Source: Octopus vulgaris (lineage: Eukaryota). Taken from it: a DNA stretch of 64,000 bases. Location of the stretch: the NCBI GenBank assembly GCA_951406725.2, contig OX597817.1, positions 39,928,001 to 39,992,000 on the forward strand, read 5' to 3'. The notes below the pieces were generated by a model. That model was given only the letters and a program-made list of their open reading frames with translations. It did not search any database and was not told where the DNA came from. Every line of letters starts with the position of its first letter. Position 1 is the first letter of the stretch. Both the position numbers and the translations under genes were made by a program. Shown one piece after another: positions 39,842-52,199 of the stretch.

Positions 39842-41695
39842 CCAACCAAGCGGTGTGACTCCACTCAAACTTCAGAACCATCTGCCCGCTATCCTGGTAG
39901 AAGGGCTCGGCTCACCTCTGACTCAGAAGACGATTCTGATACTGATCCATTTGCATCAAAATTTCCCTCTGCGAATGGTGCTTCCTTCACTGATTACCAG
40001 CAAAGACCATCTTCATCAAGAGATAGTGAACACTCAAAACGGAGGTATGGTTTAGATACATTCAGCCCACATTCATCATTAAAGTGTAGAAATGTGCTGC
40101 TTGAATCCGAAAGTGAAGAGTCTGGGTATGGGGAAACAAACACCATGCAAGCATCTAGTTTTGATGTTACTCTAGATAATGATGCTGATTTTGATGGTTT
40201 TCATTCCACCAGAACTTTGTACAGTAGCCATTCTGAAGACAGTATCTCATTTATGAGTAATCATATCAATGAATCTACTGATGGCTGGATGAGGAGTACC
40301 AGCTCTCAGACTCATTGCAATGCTAGAACACAGACTCCAAAAAATTTCGGAATGAATGAATCTTTTGCTCACTCTTTTAGTTCTTTAAACAGAAGTCTAC
40401 CCATTAACGATGGCCAAACCCAGACAAGACTGTTACGTAGCAGAGCAATGCAAACCTCTAGTACTTCCTTACATTCTATTTCGGCACAAACAAAATCTCT
40501 GAGTGGCTCAAAAAGCGATATGTTAAGAAACATACTGTTTGAAGTAAAAAGCCTAAAAACAGACAAAGGAATCGACCAAAACTCAACAATATCTGACAGT
40601 GTTTATTCTCCTTCTTCAACTCTAAATGGTACCATGCTTAAGGAAATCCTGAAAGATGTCCGTGTTATTAAGCAATCAGATTTTACTTGTGATGCAAGTA
40701 CCCAAACATATACTGACCAAGGAACTCAAACTTCTTTTAGTGAGGATAACTCTGTCAATTTCGTTAGACATGAAAAACTTAAAGATATTCTGAATGATGT
40801 GAAACTTGTATCAAATAACAGTCTTTTATCACCAGAATCGAAACAGAATGATGAAGTTTCATCTCCTCATCTGATTCAATTGAATACCGCTGCACAGCAT
40901 CCTGGCAACTCATCGCAGACTTCTGAAGCAGATGGTAATCAAAGTAATGCAAATTTTGTCTCACCACAGTATAGAAATAACACTAATTTTGTGCCACCTA
41001 AACCAATGTATTTGATTCCTCAAAGACCACAAACGCCTTTCAATTCTGTAACACAAAATTCAAGGCCAGTATTTTCAAGAAAGAAGGTTACTCAACAAGA
41101 TTTAAACAATATCAGTCAACGTATTGAAAGACTGCGCAGCTACCAACTTCCTGAGCCACATTTACGAAGATTCCATTCTAATCAGCAGCAGCAGAATGGT
41201 ACCACTTTGGGATTTTCAAACATGCACCGTCCAACAGCATCCATTAATAGAAATGTTGCTTCTGAACTAATGACTGATTCTGGCTTTTCAAATAATTTAC
41301 CACAATTCATTTCCCGAAATTCCACTCAGTCTCAGAACCTAATACCACCTACAAATCCACCACCTTATATCTCAAATCCTTATGTTTCCTCTGCTAATTC
41401 CTCCGCTCACCAGTTCCTACCAAACCAAAGCGAACAGGTTTCATATACACCACATGGCTTTCCTCAAAGACAATCCAGAAGGTCATTCAGGCATTCATAT
41501 GATGATTTAGACCTTGCAGCTCGTCACCCAAGACATCAGCATGAATTTTCTTCTCGAAGACGTGATCAACGATCTCTTGTAATGGACAGGTACCACCTTG
41601 ATGAGGCTATTGAGAAAGTGACTAGAAAATCTCGGCAACTTAAAAAAATTGCTGAAAAAATGAAACAAACACTTAAAGAAGAAATCCTGAAGTAA
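39842..41695 (+). CDS. Large terminal exon (617 aa + stop): Ser/Thr/Asn/Gln-rich disordered tail with a TQT-motif array, repeated short helices, PPPY and a C-terminal coiled coil; probable alternative last exon of the spectrin-repeat gene
   Basis: Pyrimidine tract + ccacAG acceptor ending at 39841. The frame is open from 39842 (PTKRCDSTQTSEPS...) into the 533-aa ORF 40094..41695, phase 0 like the upstream exons. TAA at 41693-41695. No transposon motifs, no transmembrane segment, no KASH peptide. Confidence 0.85.
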   Translation, partial: PTKRCDSTQTSEPSARYPGRRARLTSDSEDDSDTDPFASKFPSANGASFTDYQQRPSSSRDSEHSKRRYGLDTFSPHSSLKCRNVLLESESEESGYGETNTMQASSFDVTLDNDADFDGFHSTRTLYSSHSEDSISFMSNHINESTDGWMRSTSSQTHCNARTQTPKNFGMNESFAHSFSSLNRSLPINDGQTQTRLLRSRAMQTSSTSLHSISAQTKSLSGSKSDMLRNILFEVKSLKTDKGIDQNSTISDSVYSPSSTLNGTMLKEILKDVRVIKQSDFTCDASTQTYTDQGTQTSFSEDNSVNFVRHEKLKDILNDVKLVSNNSLLSPESKQNDEVSSPHLIQLNTAAQHPGNSSQTSEADGNQSNANFVSPQYRNNTNFVPPKPMYLIPQRPQTPFNSVTQNSRPVFSRKKVTQQDLNNISQRIERLRSYQLPEPHLRRFHSNQQQQNGTTLGFSNMHRPTASINRNVASELMTDSGFSNNLPQFISRNSTQSQNLIPPTNPPPYISNPYVSSANSSAHQFLPNQSEQVSYTPHGFPQRQSRRSFRHSYDDLDLAARHPRHQHEFSSRRRDQRSLVMDRYHLDEAIEKVTRKSRQLKKIAEKMKQTLKEEILK

Positions 41696-41724
41696 AATTA
41701 TATTATGATATTACATTATACCAT

Positions 41725-41730
41725 AATAAA
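41725..41730 (+). terminator. Candidate polyadenylation signal AATAAA
   Basis: Canonical hexamer 30 nt after the stop of the terminal exon. The AT-rich background makes a chance match possible. Confidence 0.35.
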
Positions 41731-41986
41731 ATATTATAGCATAATAACTAATAGAACACTACATTGTAATGTTAGAGCATAAAATATAATGTAGCAATTA
41801 AAACAAACACTTGACAAGAAAATGTAATCAGTATAAAAGAACTTTATATTGCTTCAACTTCAAGAACAGTATTCTTTCAGTAACAAAAATTAGTTTCAGT
41901 TTAAACATTGATACATTTGGAAATTTATCTGCACCTTTTCACACCTGTTCAAATCGATTTCTTTTGCATCCTAATTTTTTTTAAAC

Positions 41987-42028
<42 letters not shown>

Positions 42029-42129
42029 GTGCATATATATATGTATATATATGTGCATATATATAGTCATTTATTATTCTTTAAATGTTCGTTTGGTTAT
42101 GTCCCTTTATATTCCTTGAAATTTAACAT

Positions 42130-44121
42130 TAAGTTGACATCCTGCTAAAGTCAGCTTTGCCTTTCATGCCTTCAGGGTTGATAGAATATACACCGGTCAT
42201 ATATTGTGGTTAATCTCATCATCTATATTCTCCTGCAAAATAAGTGCAAAATCAGTTCAAATTCCGCCAAGGTCAACTTTGCCTTTCATCCTTTTGGGGT
42301 TGATAAATATAGTACCAGTTGTGTACTGGGGTCAATCTAATTGACTGGCCCCCTTCCCCCCAAATTTCAGGCCTTATGCCTATAGTAGAAAAGATTATTA
42401 TGATAACGTTGATGTTCATCCTTTCAGGGTCAATATAATATATACTAGTTATATACTGTGATTGATTTAATCAGTTTTGTCCTCTCCATATGTTTGTTAG
42501 CCTTGATACCATGTAAGAAATTATTGATAAATAATTGTCATTAATAATCGTTAATAATAATAATAATAATCCTTTCTGTTAAATGCATGAGACCTGAAAT
42601 TTCACTGGGAGGAGACAGCTAATTACATTGACCCCAGTGCTTAACTACTACTTTTTTCATCCACTTTGAAAGGGTACAAGACAAAATCAACTTCAGTGGG
42701 ATTTTGACTCAGAACATAAAGACCAGTGAAAAGGTGCCAAGCATTTTGTTTGGTACAGTAATGATTCTGCCAGCTTGCCTTATTAACAACAACAACAACA
42801 ACAACAGTAATAACAATAATAATTCCAGTAGTTCTAAGTGTATTGAGAACTATCCCTAAAGATCTGAACAGATGGATAGAGGAAATGGGCATAAAACCCT
42901 ATTTTTTAGAGCTTCAGAAAACAGTGTTATTAGGGACAGCTAGGATACTTAGGAGGGTTCTTGGCATCTAAGGTTATTTGCTATAACCCAATAGAAAGGT
43001 CCTTGACATCTAAGACAACTTCTTGTAGTCTGATGTTAGGATTCTTTTCTTTTCCAACAGCTTAATCTGTTGAGTGTATATGAATAAAATAAAAATAATA
43101 ATAATAATAATAATAATGGTTTCAAAATTTGGCGCAAAGCCAGCAAGTTTGGGGGAGGGGATAAGTCGATTACATTGACCTCAGTACTCAACTGGCACTT
43201 ATATTATTGACCCCAAAAGGATGAAAGGCAAAGTGGATATTGGCAGAATTTGAACTCACAATGCAGAGATGGACGAAATGCTGCTTAGCATTTTGTCCAG
43301 TATACTTAACAATTGTGCCAGCTTGCCACCTCAATAATCTTTTCTACTATAGGTACAAAGCCTGAAGTTTGTTGGTGGGGGATAGTTGATTACATAAACC
43401 TCAGTGCTCCACTGGTACTTATTCTATTGACCCCGAGCGGATGAAAGGCAGGGTCGACTTTGGTGGAAATTAAACTCAGAATGTAAGGACAGATGAAATG
43501 CCACAAATATTTTGCCTGGTGTGCTAATGGTTCTGTCAGTTTGCTACCTCAATAATAATAATAATAATAATAATAATAATCTTTTCTGCACAAGGCCTGA
43601 AATTTTGGGGGAGGGGGCTAGTTGATTAGATCGATCCCAGTGCACAACTGGTACTTAATTTATAGACCCCCAAAAGGATGAAAGGCAAAGTCAACCTCGG
43701 CGGAATTTGAACTCAGTATGTAAAGACAGACAAAATTCCGCTAAGCATTTTGGCCGGTGTGCTAACATTTATTATTTCTGCCAGCTCACCTCCTTATAAT
43801 AATAATAATAATGATAATGATAAATAACAACAACAATTCTGCCAGTTAACCATTGCATATTTTGACACAAGGCCAGCAATGTTAATGGGGAAGAGGCAAG
43901 TCAGTTACATCAACCCCAGTACTTGACTGGTACTTCATTGTATGAATCCCAAAAAGCTCAAAGGCAAAGTTGACCTCGGCAGAATTTGAACTCAGAAAGT
44001 AAAAAGTTGGAAGAAATACTGCAAAGTATTTTTTCCAACTTGCTAAAGATTCTGCAAACTTCCTGCCTTGATGATAATGATGGTGATAATAATCATAATA
44101 ATAATAATAATTATTATTATA

Positions 44122-44156
<35 letters not shown>

Positions 44157-44409
44157 CATTATTATTATTATTATTATTATCATTATTTTATTTTATTATT
44201 AAAGCAATGCGCTGGCAGAATCATTGCTGCATCAAACGAGATGTTTAGCACATTTCTTCCACCTCTTTATGAATTTATATTCTCTTGTGGTCAACTCCAC
44301 CGTTTATCCTTTTAGGGTCAATAAAATAAGTACCACACAAGTAGTGGGGTCAGTGTAATTGACTTCCCCTTCTCTTGAAAAAATTATAGGTCTTATGCCA
44401 AAATTAGAA

Positions 44410-44410
<1 letters not shown>
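42130..44410. mobile_element. Dense cluster of family-M SINEs in both orientations, plus the Dong-like fragment
   Basis: + copies at about 42130-42395 and 44200-44410. - copies at about 42570-42780, 43120-43330, 43338-43550, 43580-43795 and 43860-44068. Confidence 0.85.
42819..43095 (+). mobile_element. R4/Dong-like RLE LINE 3' end with (TAA)n tail
   Basis: Uninterrupted IIPVVLSVLRTIPKDLNRWIEEMGIKPYFLELQKTVLLGTARILRRVLGI* (stop at 42969-42971), then a 3' UTR and (AAT)n. Confidence 0.85.
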
Positions 44411-44456
<46 letters not shown>

Positions 44457-45273
44457 ATTTTTAAGATTATTGTTTAATTAATGAATTAATACATAAAAAG
44501 AAGAATGGAGCTTAGATTTATTCTTTCATCTGAATCTAAAAAAACTTTTAAGTTGGATCATCTTGGATTACCAACTGTAATCTGTAATTTAAAAAATTAG
44601 ACTAACATGTACTATTGCAATAACAAAGGTATGATAACTTAGTTTACTTAACAAAGACTGTTTTTCTAGAGCTTTCTTAAACACCCTTTCTTTACAATCT
44701 GTCTTTAACAAAATCTATTTAAAGGCATAAATGCTGAATCTTTCGCTTGGTTTAATTGTGGTTTAATTGATGCCTAAATATTAAGTTCTTAGGTTGATTC
44801 TTTGATCTCATTTTGAATTGAGTATGGTTTTGTCCTTTAAATGAACAATCTCAAACATGAATCAGGATCTTGTTTGCACATGCATACAGCTATACATGTG
44901 TTGTGTGTATACATGTGCATAGTCATGGGTGATTAACTTAATCGTTCATTTGATCTGATAACATCACTTTACTTTTGACTGACTTCAAAAGAATCCAATC
45001 TATTGCCAGCATTTTGACCAAAACTCCAGTCAGTAAATAACTTCTTTCATTCCTTCCACAAGTCCCAGAGGCCTTGAAAAATGGCATTGAGCACTGCACT
45101 GTTGCGCTTCTGCCTCTGACTAAACCATTATACAGAAGGCCATACATAAGCACACATGTTAATGTGTGTGCTGGGTGCATAATATTATCCATGGCATAGT
45201 TTCACACAAGTATTGAAATGGTTATTAGTGATCTTCAGTAGAAATTATTTAGAGATAAGAAGAACAAGTGTAA

Positions 45274-45444
45274 CCTTTTAGCATTCAGATTACTCCATCA
45301 AATACAATGCAAATTTCAATGATGCGACTCCTTACTTTAGGAACGACATTGTTGGGTAGGTGTAAGAGGCCAGATCTGGCTTGTTTGAACATAAAACAGG
45401 AAGAATATTTGGGTCGGATATGGCTGGGTTTAAATGCTAAAAGG
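45274..45444. mobile_element. piggyBac-like MITE, second family
   Basis: Perfect 12-bp TIR ccttttagcatt/aatgctaaaagg, flanked by gtaa/ctaa (decayed TTAA). A related inverted copy lies at about 7765-7950. Confidence 0.65.
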
Positions 45445-47909
45445 CTAAATAATGGAGAGATAACCCTTATAAGGCTTCAAAACTGTCATTGTTTCCCTTT
45501 TATTCGTAATACAATTTGCATTGTATAAAAATGAAAAGTGGAACTTCTTTTTTTGTCTTCAACAAGATACAGTTTTACAAGTAATTCCTTAATATTTGTG
45601 ATTTACCATGTGAATCAAGATATCCTTTTACTAGTATTGTTTCATTGGACCACAGCCTTATTGAACCTTTAAGGATTATATCAATCTTAGTACATTCTCT
45701 GGTAATTGTTGTATTGATCCCCGTTTATGAGAATAGTTAAGTCCATCTTAGAATAAAGAGCTACAACTCAGACCAAATGCCACAAGGCACTATTGTTCAC
45801 CACACCAATTTATCAGACACCTTTTTGATATATACACAAGCCAACAGTTTCTTAGGAATGCACTTGTCAAGCTTATCAGCTTCATAGGTTCATTTGCATG
45901 AAACCCTGGCCTTTTGAGTTACTATCATAGCTTCTCAGTTATTTGTTACCTTGGAGTTCCATGATACAAAATATACGTTTTCTTTCACTTCCATGTTCAT
46001 TGTCATGTAATATGGAAGTCTGTGGGGAAAATGGGTTTTGTGTTATGAAAGCAAGATTTTCAGAAACAATGATTTCTTAACATGTGGGCTATTGGATTCT
46101 ATAAGATTTTATAATACAAAATGATTATACCTCTTCACTGATGCCCTGCTGACACATTAATTTACTTGATATTACTTATATGTTGCATTAAACAATCATA
46201 CCTCACCTTTCATGGTGAGTTTATCTTCTGAGTTGTCAACTTGATATCTAGTAAATGGTATTCCACATAAATTCTGCCTTTCTTAGTTACACATTCCCAT
46301 ATTATCTTGAAACTGCATATTTGTGCAGTGTGTCTATTGACAGATAGATGCCTCTCTTTGCATGTCAGTTGCACAAAGAGAGACACACACTACATTTGAG
46401 CTATTGAGGGAGTCTGTACATGATCACTCAACATGCTAGAAATAACAACTATATCCCTCTCAATGTACTCCTTACCATTTTAAAATATGAAGGATCCACT
46501 GGATAGTATTGTCCTGTATATTATTGTAAGTAATTTGTAATATTGTCGAATTTGTATTTCATTTTGTATTACAAAACCTTATAAAATATTCAATATTGAA
46601 TGTTGAAAATTTATTCAATCATTTGCATCACAATATTTTATCTAACTTCAGCTTTATATTTCTGGTTTCTCAGTTTACCATTACTGAATGTAGCTTTTAG
46701 TTGCTGAAATTAGGATTAGTATCATACTAGTTTTGGTTCAATTGAAGCCTTGCCTACAAAGTTGAACTTGAACTTAATCAAGATCTTGCTGTAGGTGGAA
46801 GGCAATAGTATTGTGTGTAAACAAATGTGACGTGATTCATTCAATAATTGTGCATAACATGAGATTTTTATCCATGATTTTTCCAAAAGGGACGGGCATT
46901 GCCTTGACCTTTTTTAGGGACACGAAGAATAGTGAGAGGAAGGGAGAGAAAGTTACTCTCTGACTGGTGACTTGGTCTTGATGCTTACAGAAAACAAACC
47001 TTGCTAAGGGCACTCAAGAGCCAGGTAGCGATGTAAAAAATCAGACAATAGTCAACGAATCCAATTCTAGCCAAAAGTAAATATTATTAAAATACTTCCA
47101 AAGGTTTCAAATAAAATTCACAATATCTTATCAAAAAGTTTTATTGGATACTAACTGTGATAGATCTATGAGATATCTCAGTTCTTTGTTATGATAATCA
47201 CAAGAGCAGTGGTGTAACAGAAATGTCAAAACGTCAGACAATAGTAAGTATTGTCTCAAGTTTGAAGACTCATAGAAATGCTTCCCCAATTTCCATGGTG
47301 TATAAGTAACTGAGATCACAAAATCCACCCCCTGTACGTGACACCAGTCTGGTGTCCAACATTATTTTTCATTCCTTTGAAAATGTGTCAGTCAAATTCT
47401 TAGATTTTTTCAACTGATAATCCTCTTTACTCAATAAATGTGTGGTCTTACTATAGTCAGGGTTGATGCAAAGTCAGAGAATACACTTTGCCATTTTGGT
47501 TTATTTAGTTATCTTGAGTTCAAATCCTGTCAAGGTGAACATTGCCTTTAGTCCTTCTGGGGTTGATAATTTAATTACCAGTAAAGTACTGGTTCTGTTT
47601 AATTCATTGTTTCTTTGCTTAAATTTGTGGCCATCTACCTATATTAGAAATCATTATTATAACTCAGTATTTTTTATAATCAACTTTTGCTAATCATTCC
47701 AGATATATGATTTCTATAAAACCTTTTATCAAATACTTATTTAAAGTAAACCTATAAGAATGTGATAATATCTTATATATTTATGAATAAAACATTCCGT
47801 CCGACTCTTTCATAGGGTCTGTGTTGTGATAAGTGGGTATTTTCTTTCATACTTCCCACTAAAGTGATAAAAGTACCATCATTTGTGATAGAACAGGAAT
47901 ATTTCATTG

Positions 47910-48190
47910 GTAATTTTTCCAAATTTTATGAAAAAATTGCTCTGTCCACATCCTGTTTTAGTAATTTTCAGTAATGTATGAAAATTACTCTCCGTCCATT
48001 TCCTATTTTGGTAATTTACAATATTATATGAAAATTATTCTCCGTCCATATTATATGTCAGTAATTTACAATACTGTATGAAAATTATTCTCCATCCATA
48101 TCATATTTCAGCAATTTTCAATATTTTTAGAAAATTACTCTCCATCCAGGTTCAATTTAGATAATTTTCAATAGCATATGAAAATTACAA
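47910..48190. repeat. 50-bp tandem repeat, about 5.5 units
   Basis: A tatgaaaatt-like anchor recurs at 47927, 47977, 48027, 48077, 48127 and 48177. Confidence 0.9.
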
Positions 48191-48216
48191 GCTGGCCACA
48201 AATTTCCATATATATA

Positions 48217-48287
<71 letters not shown>

Positions 48288-48357
48288 GTCTTGCAAACAA
48301 GACTTATATATATATATATACATGCAAATTTGTGGCCAGCTTGTAATTTTCATATGC
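48174..48357. repeat. Perfect 32-bp inverted repeat around a (TA)/(TG) microsatellite
   Basis: gcatatgaaaattacaagctggccacaaattt (48174-48205) and its exact reverse complement (48326-48357). Confidence 0.92.
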
Positions 48358-50049
48358 CATATACCAATAAATATATGCACACATTTATATAATACTTGTG
48401 TATTGATAAAATTGAGTACACTTTACTGTCTAAACATTCCATCCTGGTCTTTTATAGAACACTTGAGATATTTTGATACTTTTATTGTTACTAACTTATA
48501 TTCAAAGCTTTTATAGGCCCCTTTGCTCTCTGTAAGAGAACAATAACAGGGTACCTAATAATATTATTTATACTGTGTTGATGATACATTCCATTCAAGA
48601 GCATGTTATTAACTCACAGCAATAGTTTTTTTATATTCATAATGCTCTTGAAAAGTAAAGAAATATTTTTGTTTTCTATTTCTAGAAGGCTTGTTTACAA
48701 TAATATTCTATATATTTTATAGAAAATCAATTCTCTGTGTTATATGATCCTAATTTCAATACAGTAAACTAAGACCTTTTTTTGTTTTGTTTGTTTTTAA
48801 TTTTTACAATATACAATATTTTTCAAATCATTTATTGAACACCTTTTGTGGTGGAACATAAGTCAGTCGTTTGATAATTTTTAGAATGCCACATGAAATA
48901 AATTTCATCAAAACCTTTGATTTTCTACATAACGTTGAAAAATTATGACAATTATCAATATTTTATGTTTTCTGCAAAAGTTCTTTTATCCTTGATTGAT
49001 TACTGCTGAGAATGGTGTTTAATTTACATTATTTTACCATTAATATATTCTGACATTCATATCCTTTGTGGATTTTAGAAATTCATTTCCATGATTTTAT
49101 TTATTCACTCTTGTGAAGTGTGGATATATTTTGTTACACAAATAACATCAAGTAGGCAGAATGACATTACATATGAGATATTGGACTATCGATGCAAGAA
49201 ATTCACAAGTTCAAGCTTTGTCAATGGTATTTGGTAGTGTCTATAAATACAAGAAAATTATTCTCATTCACTCAATCCACAAAGCTGAAAATATTCCACT
49301 CTCTGCATATTGATTTCAAAAAATTTTAAATAGAAAATGACTGATTAAAAAATTCTTGTAATATATTGCAATCCCCACAAACCAACCAAACATTCCATTT
49401 AAAGACATACTGAAAAGCATTTTAAAGACATATTAAAAATGTATCTTTTTAACTGGAATGAAATATTTCAATTTATTTTATTTCAAATGATTTTCAAATA
49501 TGAGCTAATTATAGCTGCATACCCACTTTCAAATTAACATACATGTGTTTTGTAATACACAACTCTTTATATTTTTGATTATATTTTCTACTGAGCATAG
49601 ACAAAATTTCAGAGACTTCCTATACAGTGCTGGAATTACAAGCACTTGAGTGTTACAATCCTTTAAAAGTTTCATTGAGTATCTGAACATATATATATAT
49701 ATATATCTATATCATCATCATCATCATTTAACATCCGTTGGATGGTTTGACAGGAGCTGACCAGCTGAAAGACTGTTCAGTCTCCATGGCTGTTCTGACA
49801 TGGTTTCTATGGCTGGATGCCCTTCCTAATGCCACCCACTTTACAGAGTGTGCTGGGGGCTTTTACTCAGCACCGGCATGGGTGCTTTTTACATGGAACC
49901 AGCACCTACAAGCCCACAAGATTAAGGATGCTCAGCTGGAGAGGGTTGCAAGGCCTTTGTGCAAGAGCAACTATGCTTTTACTTAGCTTGACATGTCTTT
50001 TCAAGCACAGCACAATACCAGGAATTTTGGTCCCCCTACACACACACAC

Positions 50050-50088
<39 letters not shown>

Positions 50089-51001
50089 TGCATACATATA
50101 CAGACAGTAGATGAGAGCTAGATATGCTCAGTATGTAAAACACAAAACGGTGCTCAAATGAATTGAACTTTAACTCCAAATTCTTTTTTTATCTTTTACT
50201 TGTTTCAGTCATTGGACTGTAGCCATGCTGGGGCACAGCTTGGATGAGTTTAGCCAAACAACTCAATCCTAGCTTTTTTTTTCTTTTTAAGCCTGGTGCT
50301 TATTCTGTCAATCTCTTTACAGGGATGTAAACAAACCAACATTGATTGTTAAGTGTATGGAGTTGGGTAAAAAACACAAAGAAATACACAGTCTCATACA
50401 CATATCTATCTATACACATATGCAACATGCTTCCACACAGTTCCCATCTACCAAATTCTCAGCTGAAGTGACAGTAGCATCTTGAGCATAAAGTACCACC
50501 TTGCTTAAGGATGTAACATGTTAATCAGCTCAGGAATCGAACTCTCAACTGTATGGTTGTGAGCCTAACACCCTAACCACTAATTTTATGAGAAGTCTGT
50601 TCCATTGATCAGATCAACTGGAACACCTGTCATCATAACCAACAGATTGCCAGTTTGTACATGTATAGGCACAGACGTGGCTGTGTCATAAGAAGCTTGC
50701 TTCCCAGTCACATGGTTCCCGGTTCATTCCCACTATGTGGCACCTTGAGCAAGTGTCTTCCACTATAACCTTGGGATTTTTTTGGGTCTATAAGAGTTAT
50801 TTTATCCTCTGGTTCAGGAGAGACAACCTGTTCTCATTAACATTTTTATATGTTAAGACTTAAATCTCAATTTCTGAGCATTTCCTTATGTCCGCAATGT
50901 AGAAAATAAATTTTTTTTTTGTAATAATTACTGCTCTATTCTTTAGAGTGTGCTTCTTTACTGATACATATTTTATTAACCTATATATATATATATTTAC
51001 A

Positions 51002-51293
51002 CAGTGGCGGACTGGGTCTAAAAATATTGCTTACCAGGAGACTAAGGGGGCCTGCCCGCAACTACAATGCTAACATTTAATTTTTTTTTTTTTTTTGTTA
51101 GAAGTATTCTTTTCAACTGTCTACAAACACAGCCACGCTGAAATAATGAATTCTTCCTGGAGTGAATAAAAAATTCTCAAATTTGAGGGGATGGGCCCCT
51201 TAGATACTAAAATGGGACCCCATATATAGATTCTAATGGTGCAGGGGTCCACTAGTCATGGGGAAAGCTGGCAACCTGGCCAGTCCACCATTG
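51002..51293. mobile_element. hAT-like MITE
   Basis: TIR cagtggcggactgg / ccagtccaccattg (12/14). Imperfect 8-bp flanks tatttaca/tacataca. Confidence 0.65.
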
Positions 51294-51305
51294 TACATAC
51301 ATACA

Positions 51306-51602
51306 CATCATCATCATCATCATCGTTTAACATCCGCTTTCCATGCTAGCATGGGTTGGATGATTTGACTGAGGACTGGCAAACCAGATGGCTGAACCAG
51401 GCTCCAATCTTGATCTGGCAGAGTTTCTACAGCTGGATGCCTTTTCTAACGCCAACCACTCTGAGAGTATAGTGGGTGCTTTTAGGTGCCACCGGCACAG
51501 GGGCCAGTCAGGCAGTACTGGCAACGGCCACACTCAAATGGTGTTTTTTATGTGCCACCTGCACAGGAGCCAGTCCAGCGGCACTGGCAACGACCTCACT
51601 CA
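51306..51602 (-). mobile_element. (GAT)n-tailed retroposon family B 3' part
   Basis: Ends ...ccaacccatgctagcatggaaagcggatgttaaac(gat)n. Other copies: about 860-1075(-), 21890-22228(+), 49712-50035(-), 53570-53800(-), 58474-58628(-), 62860-62950(+). Confidence 0.8.
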
Positions 51603-52199
51603 AATAGATAAGAGAACAATATGCAATTATAAATATATATATATATGTGTGTGTGTGTCTTTGTGTGTATGTTTGTCCCCACCACCATCACTTGACAACC
51701 AATGTTGGTGTTTACATCTCTGTAACTAAGCAGTTCAATAAAAGAGAGTGATAGAATAAGTGCTAGGCTTACAATGAATAAGTCCTGAGGTTGATTTCTT
51801 CGAGAACAACCCTTTAAGATGGTGCTCTAGCATGGCCACAGTCAAATGACTTGAAACAAGTAAAAGAATAGAAGAATATACGTGTGTGTATGTGTATTAT
51901 TTTAAGCTTGATTGATTGAAAGAAATTAAATAATATACATAACAAAGACGTTATGTGTATGTCTGAATTTGAACCCTGCATTTCTTGGTCATTAGTCCAG
52001 TATCTCAAATATTCATTGCTATGTTTTTCTCTTTTTCTATTATTTTGTAATTCATTTTATGAAAGAATCTAATTTTATAAAACGAAGCATTCAATTCGAA
52101 TTTTCAATATTTTTAGAAGATTGTGGTAGATTATATTTACAAGAATGTGATCTAATTATGCTTGTTTGAGATTTATTCCAATTTTTTTAAAGTATTTCT

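Noticed and set aside
40094-41695. The 533-aa ORF as a stand-alone intronless gene
   Set aside because: It starts at GTG, and the frame is open 84 codons further upstream to a good splice acceptor at 39841, so it is better read as a terminal exon.
44938-45240. ORF with weak resemblance to a Helitron PIF1 helicase C-terminus (YAM...HTL...GLLYNGLVR)
   Set aside because: Too degenerate to support without a profile search.
47910-48190. CRISPR-like regular spacing
   Set aside because: Whole 50-bp units are homologous, so there are no unique spacers. The context is eukaryotic and there are no cas genes.
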